From Octopus vulgaris (lineage: Eukaryota), in contig OX597815.1 of the NCBI GenBank assembly GCA_951406725.2, positions 10,850,001 through 10,914,000 on the forward strand: 64,000 bases of DNA, in the 5' to 3' direction. Shown in pieces: positions 24,345 to 35,845 of this stretch. Positions within the stretch are counted from its first letter, which is position 1. Every line of letters starts with the position of its first letter. Below the pieces are notes generated by a model that was not told the DNA's origin, did not search any database, and saw only the letters and a program-made list of their open reading frames with translations. The position numbers were made by a program, and so were the translations under genes.

Positions 24345-25295
24345 ATAATAATAATAATAATGAAATGATTGTATACAGTGCTCAGGTGCACCACAACTTG
24401 TCAAAAGTGCATATAAAGTATATGCAGTAATGTACAAATGTCTGGGAAGTGAAGAGTGTATGAGTCAGATACATGCTTGCGTGTGTATGGAGGGGAGAGA
24501 ATCAGGTGTAGTGTTGGCGAATCTCAGGAAGCATGGAAGTTTTAATAATAATAATAATAATAATAATAATGATATTATTGTATACAGTGTTCAGGTGCAC
24601 CACAACTTGTCAAAAGTGCATATAAAGTATATGCAGTAATGTACAAATGTCTGGGAAGTGAAGAGTGTATGAGTCAGATACATGCTTGCGTGTGTATGGA
24701 GGGGAGAAAATCAGGTGTTGTGTTGGCGAATCTCAGGAAGCATGGAAGTTTTAATAATAATAATAATAATAATGATATTATTGTATACAGTGTTCAGGTG
24801 CACCACAACTTGTCAAAAGTGCATATAAAGTATATGCAGTAATGTACAAATGTCTGGGAAGTGAACAGTGCATGAGTCAGATACATGCTTGCGTGTGTAT
24901 GGAGGAGAAAATCAGGTGTAGTGTTGGCGAATCTCAGGAAGCATGGAAGTTTTGACGGATGCAGTGCTCCGACAACTAACAACTGATGCCGGCAGATTGT
25001 TCCATGCTTCAGCAACTCTTAGTGTGAAAAAAATGTTTCCGAAAGTCATGGGAGCTGTGCTGTTTTCTGACTTTGTAAACATGTCCACGGGTGTTAGACA
25101 AGTGGAGTTTGAAAAGGTGCTCAGAGTTATTGTTTGTAAGATGGTTAATAATTTTATGGGTGTATGCCAAGTCGGCTGCCAGACATCAGAGTTTCAATGT
25201 ATCCATGCCCAGGGAAGTAAGGCATTCAGAATATGGTAAATGCCTGATGGAGGGTTTTCTCTTGGTTGCACATTGCTGAACGGCTTCCAGACGAC
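24345..25295 (-). mobile_element. CR1-group LINE 3' fragment with triplicated 3'UTR and tail
   Basis: Three ~205-bp units start at ~24345, 24544 and 24753, each beginning with (TAA)n. Only the last continues into ORF2 sequence. Confidence 0.85.
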
Positions 25296-25505
25296 AGTGC
25301 ATTGAACAGAAGTAAGATAAACCTTCTAACAGTCTACTAGTTTATTTCATATAACATTTTCAGAAGAGCTAGCGATCTGGTAGCTCTTTCTATCATATAG
25401 GGTCACTCAAGGGAGTTGAACATTTCTGAGGTACAATGAAGATTATAATTGTTATAACAATAACTCTGTAGATAATTTCAGACATTTCATCAATATTTCT
25501 TACAG

Positions 25506-25680
25506 GTTACCCAAATTTATATTTGCTGGCTCAATTCATCTGTACCGATGCCGAAGCTACAATTAGCTGGATTCAGTCGCAATTTCATTCCAGTTAAGAA
25601 ACAAATTGAAATTGATTTCATTATCGAACCAGATCAAATGGCAGTTTGGGACAGCAAAAGAGGATTTGTCGTTGAAGAAG
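25506..25680 (+). CDS. GH3 gene exon, Fn3-like domain (VTQIYI...PKLQLAGFSR...MAVWD..GFVVEE)
   Basis: CAG|GTT acceptor, G|GTAAGC donor. EV-Q-Y and P--QL-GF-R motifs of the GH3 Fn3-like domain. Confidence 0.92.
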
Positions 25681-26694
25681 GTAAGCAAATTCTAATTCTG
25701 AATACAACATCACACTAATAATAATAATCATCATCGTGTAATGTCCGGTTTCTGTGCTAGCACAGGTTGGACGGTTTGACCGAGGTCTGAGAAGCCAGGA
25801 GGCTGCACCAGGCTCTAGTCTGATCTGGCAGTGTTTCTACAGCTGGATACCCTTCCTAACACCAACCACTCCGTGAGTGTAGTGGGTGCTTTTTACATGC
25901 CACCAGCACAGAAGCCAGTCAAGGCGGTGCTGGCATCGGCCACGTTCAGATGGTGCTTTTTACGTGTCACTGGCACAAGTATCACAACTACAATTTCCAT
26001 TTGATATTTATTTTGATGTTGATGTACTTGACTCAATAGGTCTCCTCAAGCACAGCAGGTCACGTGCCACCGGCACAGTAGCCAGTCAAGGCGGCACTGG
26101 CATCGTCCACGTTCGGCTGGTGCTTTTTACGTGCCACCGGCACAAGTATCACAACTACAATTTCCATATATATTAATTTTACATCTACTTTTCTCTCTTT
26201 CAAGAAAAGAGTTAATTTGGTCAGCTGATTTAACAAAAGATGGAGATGTTGTTGATATTTAACCCCAATCAAGTAGTTGTATGACCAAAGATATTCCAGC
26301 TGTGACCATCCAATTATTTTTTTCAGCCATCTAATATCTAGGGTTACATTAAAGAGACTTTATTTCAAGATGGTAGGATGTGATTTGAGGAATAATAGGC
26401 TGCTATTTCCAGCAGGCCTTGTGATAAAGTAGAAACCCCTATGTTGGGTATATCAATGTGCTGTTTGAAGGGAAGACTAAATATTTGGACAAGACCCTTA
26501 AATGCTTTAAACAAGGAATTTGTGCTGAATATTTCAGTTTACTTCTCATGACAGTTCTGAATCTTCCCCTTATAACATCTGACTGTTTTCTTCCATTACT
26601 AGAAAATCACAGGCTCATTGACTTCCTTGAATGTCTTTGTTTTTACTATGGGTCTTTTGTAATTGTATATTCATTGTTGTTGCTATAGTGGTAT

Positions 26695-27290
26695 AAACGG
26701 TGAGCTGGCAGAAACGTTAGGACGTCGGGCGAAATGCTTAGCAGTATTTCGTCTGCCGTTACGTTCTGAGTTCAAATTCCGCCGAGGTCGACTTTGCCTT
26801 TCATCCTTTCGGGGTTGATAAATACCTATTACACACTGGGGTCGATGTAATTGACTTAATCCGTTTGTCTGTCCCTGTTTGTCTCCTCTGTGTTTAGCCC
26901 CTTGTGGGTAGTAAAGAAACAGGTATTTCGTCGGCCGCTATGTTCTTAGTTCAAATTTCGCCGAGGTCGACTTTGCCTTTCATCCTTTCGGGGTCGATAA
27001 ATTAAGTACCAGTTACACACTGGGGTCGATGTAATCGACTTAATACCTATGTCTGTCCTTGTTTGTCCTCTCTGTGTTTAGCCCCTTGTGGGTAGTAAAG
27101 AAATAGGTATTTCGTCTGCCGTTACGTTCTGAGTTCAAATTCCACCGAGGTCGACTTTACCTTTCATCCTTTTGGGGTCGATAAATTAAGTACCAGTTAG
27201 GCACTGGGGTTGATGTAATCGACTTAATCCGTTTGTCTGTCCTTGTTTGTCCCCTCTGTGTTTAGCCCCTTGTGGGTAATAAAGAAATAG
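26695..27290 (+). repeat. SINE family B trimer (one head plus three bodies)
   Basis: Same AAAGAAAYAGGT|ATTTCGTC junction as the 15749-16903 array. Confidence 0.85.
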
Positions 27291-27384
27291 ATATAACTTG
27301 TGTAAATATCCTTGCTATGCAATAATTGTTGTTATGTCACCTGTTTGTTGCTGTTATTTCTATACAACTTATTTTTAAGGAGAG

Positions 27385-27630
27385 CATGTGCAGACAGGAT
27401 GCCGAATGCACTTTTGCCAAAAGACAAGAAGCCGATTGGACACAATAATATTAAAAAAAAAAAAAAACATTCCTCCCTACATAGTTTAATGACCAATTCA
27501 CCAATTTGGCAATTTTATCATATATTTTAATTTTCGTATAGCTTTTGGGCTTTGTGTCCATTTCAGCATTGTGTCCATTCAGCTTCTTGTCTTTTGGCAA
27601 AATGTACATTCGGCATTCTGTCTGTGTATC
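27385..27630. mobile_element. MITE with ~57-bp inverted repeats and 8-bp TSD
   Basis: CAGACAGGATGCCGAATGCACTTTTGCCAAAAGACAAGAAGCCGATTGGACACAAT is inverted at ~27568-27624. Flanks are AAGGAGAG / TAGGAGAG. Confidence 0.7.
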
Positions 27631-28395
27631 TAGGAGAGACAGTATTATCCATGATCTTATTCAGGGCATCTAGGAAGCTTCATTGCTTGCAAAGAGTGGA
27701 CTCTGTTAAATGCAGCCAAGGGCCAGTCTGTGGTGTAAAACTGGGTGACATAATATTTCACCCACAGTCCCTTTAACACATTTACACAGTTTCTTATTTC
27801 TTTATTGCCCACAAGGGACTACACACAGAGGGGACAAACAAGGACAGACAAATGGATTAAGTCGATTATATTGACACCAGTGTGTAACTGGTACTTAATT
27901 TATCGACCCCAAAAAGGATGAAAGGCAAAGTCGACCTCGGCGAGAATTTGAACTCAGAACGTAGCGGCAGACGAATTACTACTAAAGATTTCGCCTGGAG
28001 TGCTAACGTTTCTACCAGCTCACCACCTTTACACATTTTCTGTCTGTCAAACTTCACTAAGAAAGCTTTGGTCAATCCAGGGCTGTGATAGAAGACATTT
28101 GTCCGAAGTGCTGCTTGTCAGGAACATGGACAAACTTAAAATGCCTGCATATATTCAGAAGGCCAAGAGAAGATGATTATTCTACTGATTTGGTGAGGAC
28201 ACTTGAAGGCTAAAGATTGCTAGAAATTTGTTGTAAACTCACCTGCTAGTGTATTGTCATGATAAAGGGGAATACAATAAGATGGATGTGACGTAATCTG
28301 GTCAAGGTGAGATGCTGCGCAATATGTTGCTATGTTGTTGTGATGTAACCATTTTTGTGACTTCAGTAAAATAAGATTAATTTCTCATTTTCTAG

Positions 28396-28490
28396 GTGAA
28401 CTAATTATATATGCTGGAGGTCAACAACCAAATACTGCGCGGAAAATTAGTTCAAATATCCTCCAGAAATCTGTACAGATTGTTGCTTAG
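28396..28490 (+). CDS. GH3 gene last coding exon (GELIIYAGGQQPNTARKISSNILQKSVQIVA*)
   Basis: TAG|GT acceptor with matching phase 1; GGQQP terminal motif; TAG stop at 28488-28490. Confidence 0.88.
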
Positions 28491-29470
28491 TGCTAAACTT
28501 CAGTTTTTATCATATTTCAAGCAAAATGTCAAAAGGTGGTCAAAAGAAGTATTGCCGAAGAAATCATATTTGCACAATGTTCGAGTTTCTTTTCATTATA
28601 TTTGTTTACTTATAAAAAAAAAATATGTAACAATATATATTTTTATCATTAAATGTCTTATATTTTCTGTTATTTCATGCTGTTATTTTTGCATTTGGGC
28701 TCAGAATACCGATTGAGAAAGACAAGTGTCATCTTTATCTAAATTCTCAAATATGATGTTCAGACTTTCTTTATGATACCCTAATTGCTGCGAAATGTTT
28801 TAACAGATACTCCTCTAAAGAAAATCTGAGGCTCTCTCTTTTACTCTTTTACTTGTTTCAGTCATTTGACTGCGGCCATGCTGGAGCACCGCCTTTAATT
28901 GAGCAAATCGACCCCGCGACTTATTCTTTTGTAAGCCCTGTACTTATCCTATCGGTCTCTTTTGCCGAACCGCTAAGTAACAGGGACATAAACACACCAG
29001 CATCGGTTGTCAAGCAATGCTAGGGGGACAAACACACACACGCATATATATATATATATATATACATATATACGACGGGCTTCTTTCAGTTTCCGTCTAC
29101 CAAATCCACTCACAAGGCTTTGGTTGGCCCGAGGCTATAGTAGAAGACACTTGCCTAAGGTGCCACGCAGTGGGACTGAACCCGGAACCATGTGGTTGGT
29201 AAACAAGCTACTTACCACACAGCCACTCCTGCGCCTATTTTGCTATAAAAATAAGAAACCCACACAGTTGTATAATGTAGGTATTAATAAATTTTATGGT
29301 CAAACGATAGGAATGAGCAAAACATAGTAAAAAAATTGCTTTAGGCAGTTAATTGTTGACATGAACAAAGACACAAAGAAAGTATTTAAACACTGATGAT
29401 TATAATGATGATGGTGGTGGTGGTGGTGGTGGGGAGACAGGTAGCTAAAGGTAAAAAGAACTTCCCTTAA

Positions 29471-29709
29471 CAATTGCAGTGTGGAAGGTGTTTATAAGCC
29501 ATTTAAGAAACACACAAAAACCGTTAGATTCACTTCAACATTTAAATTTAATTTGCCAAAATATTTTTTCGTCGCTTTGAGACCGCGACCTGTTTACTGA
29601 CAAAATTTCGTGCTGCAAATGGCTTATAAAACACCTTCTACGCTGCAATTGTTTTCGTTCCAGCACACGATCTCAGATCAAGTCACTTGCTATGCAAGTA
29701 CATCTCCGT
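29471..29709. mobile_element. Penelope-like insertion with an inverted partial duplication
   Basis: 12-bp flanking direct repeat AACTTCCCTTAA (29459-29470, 29710-29721); 36-bp inverted repeat 29469-29504 / 29617-29653. Confidence 0.55.
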
Positions 29710-29832
29710 AACTTCCCTTAAGTTTAGCATCAATCATTTGAATAATGAGTTTCTCAACAGAGAGGTGCTCACTCCTTTTGCATATTCCAAGAATGAAATA
29801 ATTACGTTAATTTGTTTTTTTTTTATTATAAA

Positions 29833-30476
29833 CTAGCAGTATCGCCCGGCGTTGCTCGGATTTGTAAGGGAAATAACTATATAAGCATTTTATTAGAGAT
29901 GTAAAGTATAATAGCCATCTCAATATGGTTAACCACAAAGGGGGGGGGGTGTTACTGTAGCTTTTTACGTTCTGAGATTTAATAAATTTTTAGAGAGTTA
30001 CTTCCCTTATATATGCCAAAAATGCATTAAAAATGGGAAAAATTGATGGTAAATTTTTTTAAATCGTAGACTCATCGTAGACGCGCGCTAATACCCAGAA
30101 GGGCTCAATATGAACCACGACTATAAAAAGCATTTTATTAGAGATGTAAAGTATAATAGCCATCTCAATATGGCTAACCACAAAGGAGCGGGTGTTACTG
30201 TAGCTTTTTACGTTCTGAGATTTAATAATAAATTTTTAGAGAGTTACTTCCCTTATATATGCCAAAAATGCATTAAAAATGGGAAAAATTGATGGTAAAT
30301 TTTTTTTTAAATCGTAGACTCATCGTAGACGCGCGCTAATACCCAGAAGGGCTCGATATGAACCACGACTATAAAATACCCGGTTTTGGTTAAACTGCAC
30401 CGCAAAATGTGGGAGTAGTTAGAAATCTAAATCGTAGGAGACAGACAGCACACAACCTCACTTTTATATATAAAGA
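29833..30476 (-). mobile_element. Non-autonomous Helitron family 1 with internal ~245-bp tandem duplication
   Basis: Reverse complement of 21124-21515 with TC and CTAG ends; the block starting at 29883 is repeated at 30128. Confidence 0.8.
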
Positions 30477-30757
30477 TTTCTGAGGACCAACAAATAACAA
30501 ACAAGCAAATGCATGAAAAATGTAGCTTTTAAGTAGCTACTCGAAGTATTAAAGAATAACAGCTAAATCTTTCTCAAATTACAACTAAACTGCTTTTGAA
30601 AATGGAAAATGGATAATGTTCTATGATAATGTTATATGAGGAAAAAAAATTGAATGGTCATGGATGGTTCTGGAGAACTAAAACAGACAAGGGTCTAAAC
30701 AACAAATATAATGGATTTTAAAACTGAACAAAAAGTAAGAGTTTCCAATTAAAACAG

Positions 30758-30763
30758 TTTATT
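30758..30763 (-). terminator. Candidate CLYBL polyadenylation signal AATAAA
   Basis: TTTATT on +, ~93 nt past the CLYBL stop. The region is AT-rich, so chance occurrence is possible. Confidence 0.45.
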
Positions 30764-30855
30764 TCTCACAGTTGCTAAAACAACAATATTAATTAACAAG
30801 AAAAAAATAAATAGTTGTAAAAAAATAATTTCCGTTTTTGTGAATGTCATAGTGT

Positions 30856-30936
30856 TTAATTTGCCATTTTGACAATATTCTTGGCTTGTAATAACAAAGG
30901 CATGTCGATCATCTGGCCGTGATATGTGAAGGCCCC
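30856..30936 (-). CDS. CLYBL: CLYBL coding exon 6 (GAFTYHGQMIDMPLLLQAKNIVKMAN*)
   Basis: TTGCAG|GGG acceptor, TAA stop. The G-MIDMP motif includes the conserved C-terminal Asp. Confidence 0.93.
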   Translation of the reverse strand, partial: GAFTYHGQMIDMPLLLQAKNIVKMAN

Positions 30937-31184
30937 CTGCAAGAACAAGAAGAAAAATATGAAAGAAAAAGGGAAATAATTAGAAATAGAACCAATGTGG
31001 AATTTGAAAGTTTCACTCAAGTATCATCATCATCATCATTTAACATCCTTCTTCCACGAGCACATATATATATATATACCGGAGTAAACACATAAATGTG
31101 AAACAAGGTGGAAAAAAAGAGTACTCAAATACCAGTGGTAGAGTAATATGCTTTATTTAAAAGCAGCAGAAAATTCAACAAAAC

Positions 31185-31222
31185 CTGTTACTCTGAGTTT
31201 CCCGTTGCCGTTCATCGGACAG
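31185..31222 (-). ncRNA. Minimal type I hammerhead ribozyme-like motif (U4C core) in a short Penelope-like repeat (~31079-31230)
   Basis: The minus strand reads CTGT-CCGATGA-A-CG GCAA CG-G-GAAA-CTC A GAG-T-A-ACAG: stem I CTGT/ACAG, GNRA-capped stem II, stem III ACTC/GAGT, GUA triplet. Confidence 0.6.
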
Positions 31223-31784
31223 TTTTTGCATATATGAGTATATGCAAATTGTAGTGTGTATTTTTGTGGTGTATAAAACACGAAAGTTTTCAAGTTTTTA
31301 GGAGTAATTAGTGTAAATACTTATCAAATATAATTTTATTAATATAGTTGTTTTCCAAACAATAGGCTTAATATATATATATATATATATACTCTTTTAC
31401 TTGTTTGTCATTTGACTGTGGCCATGCTGGAGCACTGCCTTTAGTCAAGCAAATCGACCCCGGGACTTATTCTTTGTAAGCCTAGTACTTATTCTATCGG
31501 TCTCTCTTGCCAAACTGCTCGGTGACGGGGATGTAAACACATCAGCATCGGTTGTCAAGCGATGTTGCGGGGGACAAACACAGACACAGAAACATATACA
31601 CACACATACATACGTATATATATATACGACGGGCTTCTTTCAGTTTCCGTCTACCAAATCTACTCAAAAGGCTTTGGTCGGCCTGAGGCTATAGTAGAAG
31701 ACACTTACCCCAAGTGCCACACAGTGGGACTGAACCCAGAACCATGTGGTTGGTAAGCAAGCTACTTACCACATGGCCACTCCT

Positions 31785-31829
<45 letters not shown>

Positions 31830-32299
31830 TACACATATATTTTAAATAAAATATGTTTATACTGAAGTAATGAGTTTCTCTATTCAGAACTGTAAGGATA
31901 TAGATTATTTTTTACATCTAAACATGTCTTCAAGTGATGTGAAAATTTGTTTGATTCAATTTTTTTTAAAGTAACAACCGTAATTCTAACACTAATGTTG
32001 ACCCTTAGTCTATAATAAATATTTTATGGTTCTTCTTTTATTTTAATTTGTTCAAAAAGCAATACATAACATGTTGTTTGTTGGGGGCTTGGAAAGGACA
32101 TGTTGGGACACAAAAATAACCAATAGTATTTTAAGTGAGTTTGCATTTCGTAGATGGAAACTGAAAGAAGCTCATCATTATCCTGCACCCCCGGTCAGCC
32201 CCACTCAAACAACTACAAAAAAAAACCCCTTCAACGCATGCCCAGGGACAAGATTGAACTCTGTATCAGGATGCTTCTATATTGCTTGCTATTGCCTCC

Positions 32300-33065
32300 A
32301 CCCACAAGTCCACTGAGACAACAGCAATAGCGAGTTTGAAAATAATGTATTTAAACCTATCAGACCAATGTAATCAATAACCAATCATTAGAATAGATTT
32401 AAGTATCTCATAGTTTGTGTAAGTAGTATTACTGGCTTTATGGCCTAGTGGATAAGGAAGGGTGCTTCATGACAGACAAGACAGTGAGGTAGGTGGAGGT
32501 TTCAGTCTCAGGTAGGGATTGTGATATGATCTCATTTAGTTTTATTTTTTTTCTGTAAATGGAGAAGGGGGAAAAAAAAAACACTGCATACTTAGGCCAA
32601 GATTGATCCTGTGTTAAAGAGGTTTGTGAGTTGCTGTGTCCATGTCTTTACCCACAAGACCAGTGAGACAACAGCAATAACTAGCTTGAAAATAATGTAT
32701 TTAAACCTATCGGACTAATTTAATCAACGACCAATCATTAGAATAGATTTAAATATCTCATTTTGTTTGTGAAAGTAGTATTACTGGCTCTCTGGCCAAG
32801 TGGATAAGGGTGTTTGGTGAGACAAGACAGTGAGGTAGATGGAGGTTTCAGTCTCAGGTAGGGATTGTGATATGATCTCATTTAGTTTTATTTTTCTCTA
32901 GAGATGTGTTAAAAAAGGGATGAAAAAAAAATACACAATCAGTATAGGCCAAGATTGATCCTTTGTCCAAGGGGTATGTGTGTTGCTACGTCTGTATGTT
33001 TTTACCCACAGGACCACTGAGACAATAGCAATAGCTAGTTTGAAAATGATATATTTAAATCTTAT
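32300..33065. repeat. ~350-bp tandem duplication (about 2.2 units)
   Basis: CCACAAG.CCA.TGAGACAA.AGCAATA...TTGAAAAT recurs at ~32303, 32653 and 33007. Confidence 0.8.
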
Positions 33066-33339
33066 ATAGCTATTTGATGTGGTGGTGTCCATGGTTTTCT
33101 GTGACTTCAGTAATATTTGAGGGGAGAATGTGAAATGCACCAGAACGCAACATGCTACCTGATTCAGGAATTGATTTCACAGCCTTAATGATTATAAGCT
33201 GAACACCCTAACCACAAGGCCATGCACTTTCATAGCAAAGTCAATAGAGTGATGGGTTGATTTCCAATTATGTCCTGCCAAGTCCAGCTTAGCCTTTCAT
33301 TCTTCTGGGGTCAATAAAATAAAGTATGGGCCATGACAG

Positions 33340-34236
33340 CTGAGGATATGCATAAGCTTGCAAGAAATGATGGATCCGACGGATGTGTAATGTCAGTGTA
33401 AGTACCTTGAGAGAAAAGTTGGACCTAAGTAGCATCAGATGTAGCATGCAAGAGAGATAACTGTGCTGGTATGGTCATGTGGCGAGAATGGATGAGGATA
33501 GCTGTGTGAAAAAGTGCCACACACTAGCAGTTGAGGGAACCTGTGGAAGAGGTAGACCCAGGAAGACCTGGGATGAAGTGGTGAAGCACGACTTTTGAAC
33601 ATTAGGCCTCACTGAGGCAATGACTAGTGACCGAGACTTTTAGAAATATGCTGTGCTTGAGAAGACCCGGCAAGCCAAGTGAGACCATAACCTCGTGGCC
33701 TACATCAGGGATGTAACCAGCCCACTTAAGCATACCTTTCCTTCATTGGACACTAAACTCTGCTTGCGTAGACCTGTTGAGGCAAATGAAATTGAAATCA
33801 AATTCGATGACTGGTACCCGTGCTAGTGGAGTGCTAAGAGCACCATCTGAGCGTGATCGTTGCTGGTGGCATGTAAAAAGCACAATTCGAGCGTGATTGT
33901 TACCAGCGTCGCCTTACTGGCATTTGTGCCGGTGGCACATGAAAAAAACATTCGAGCAAGGTCGTTGCCAGTGCCATTGAACTGGCTTCTGTGCAGGTGG
34001 CACGTAAAAAACACCATTTGAGCATGGCCGTTGTCAGTACTGCCTGACTGGCCCTCGTACCGGTGGCATGTAAAAGCACTCAATACACTCTCGAGTGGTT
34101 GGTGTTAGGAAGGGCATCCAGCTGTAGAAACTCTGCCAGATCAAGACTGGAGCCTAGAGCAGCTATCTGATTTGCCAGTCCTCAGTCAAATCGTCCAACC
34201 CATACTAGCATGGAAAGCGGACGTTAAATGATGATG

Positions 34237-34240
<4 letters not shown>
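33340..34240 (+). mobile_element. RTE LINE 3' fragment (ORF2 end plus 3'UTR)
   Basis: Translates to WYGHVARMDEDSCVKKCHTLAVEGTCGRGRPRKTWDEVVKHD, running directly into the modular 3'UTR and (ATG)n tail. This links the abundant repeat to RTE. Confidence 0.85.
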
Positions 34241-34276
<36 letters not shown>

Positions 34277-34788
34277 ATAAAGTCATGCATGGGAGATAAC
34301 TCCAGAAGCAGCTAATTCAAAATTTTGGGAAAATAGAGACAATGCAATTAGAAGTGGATATTGTCTTTAAAACAAAGTGGTAAAAGCAACGAACATGTTT
34401 CGATGCTATTAAATCTCTTTAGCAAAGCATATTCAATTCAGAGACTTCAGAATGATCGGTAAAACATAAAAAGCAAGGAATGTAGTCATTATGATAATGA
34501 ATGGCGCTCTAACATATTTAGCATGCAGAATGAAGTAAATTGTTTTTAACGTGTAACTCATAACTAATAGCATGTATTGGATTAAAAAAATCCCTTGGAT
34601 GGGAAAAGTCGAAGGTTGCCCATGAGACAAAACCACACCTGTAAACACAGCAAACCTTTAAATTTTTCCAGCCATTTTTGGAATATCTGTTTGTACTAGT
34701 GCGAATGCTTGACTAATAGCCCACCTTAATTGATGCAAGCATGGGTAAATGGATGTAAAACCTCACAATGTAATGTAAACAAACCAAC

Positions 34789-34967
34789 CTTGCCCTGGAT
34801 TTGATGTTCTTCAAATTGTTTAATGAGCTCTGTAGCCCATGCTACCTTCTCCGGTGAGGGACTAAAAGCTGCTTGGACTATTGGGATCTGTGACGGATGA
34901 ATGACTTGCTTCCCAGTGAATCCCATCCTGGCACCTTCCTCACAGAGTATCTTCAGGGAATCTAAGT
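34789..34967 (-). CDS. CLYBL: CLYBL coding exon 5 (DLDSLKILCEEGARMGFTGKQVIHPSQI...QGK)
   Basis: CAG|AC acceptor, AAG|GTTGGT donor. GF-GKQ-IHP-Q motif of the CitE/CLYBL family. Confidence 0.95.
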
Positions 34968-35810
34968 CTGGAAAGATGAAGATGAGAAGCTGAGGGGAAG
35001 AAATCCGAGAGAAATTTGCAGCAAATAGAGAACTTATCAGTTTTTAATCACATTTTGGTAAGTTGTTATTGAACTGTGTAGTTTTAGCTGAAATAAGTAG
35101 GCACGGCTGTGTGGTTAAGAAGTTTACTTTGCAACTATGTGGTTTTGGGTTCGATTCCTGTGTGCTGAAGTTTGGGCATGTTCCCCGTTATTTTGTATCT
35201 TTCTCTCAATATATATGAATCCCTTGTAAAACAGGTTAAGATTGGTAACAAAAAGAGCACCTGGCTGTAAAATACTGTCTCAAAATAAATAACTAACTCA
35301 TGGAAGAAGCAAACAGTTTGCTTCTTCTATGGGTATAAGTAAGTATTTCATTTCTTTCTAACCATATTTATTGCTGACGGGGAGAAAATTCTTATGAATT
35401 AACTCTGAAATCGGAGCCGGTACGATAATAATGGAATTTTTAAAAATTTCTGTCGGCTTACATCGAGACGCGAGCTTATAGTGATAAATTATATGGTTAT
35501 TGACGATTTAAGTTTATTTTCGGCATATTTGGCATTAGAATTTTTTTCTTTTGCCCTTGTTTATAAATTTAACCTTTAAAGGTATTTTTTAATATGCTGG
35601 CCATTGATAGAATATTTTTCGAAAATTTTTATTCTGGTTGGCGTTAGGAAGGGCATCCAGCCGTAGAAACACTGCCAGATCTGACTGGGCCTGACGAAGC
35701 CTTCCAGCTTCACAGACCCCAGTTGACCCGTCCAACCCATGCTAGCATGGAAAGCGGATGCTAAATGATGATGATGATGATGATGATATATATATATATA
35801 TATATGATGA

Positions 35811-35845
<35 letters not shown>

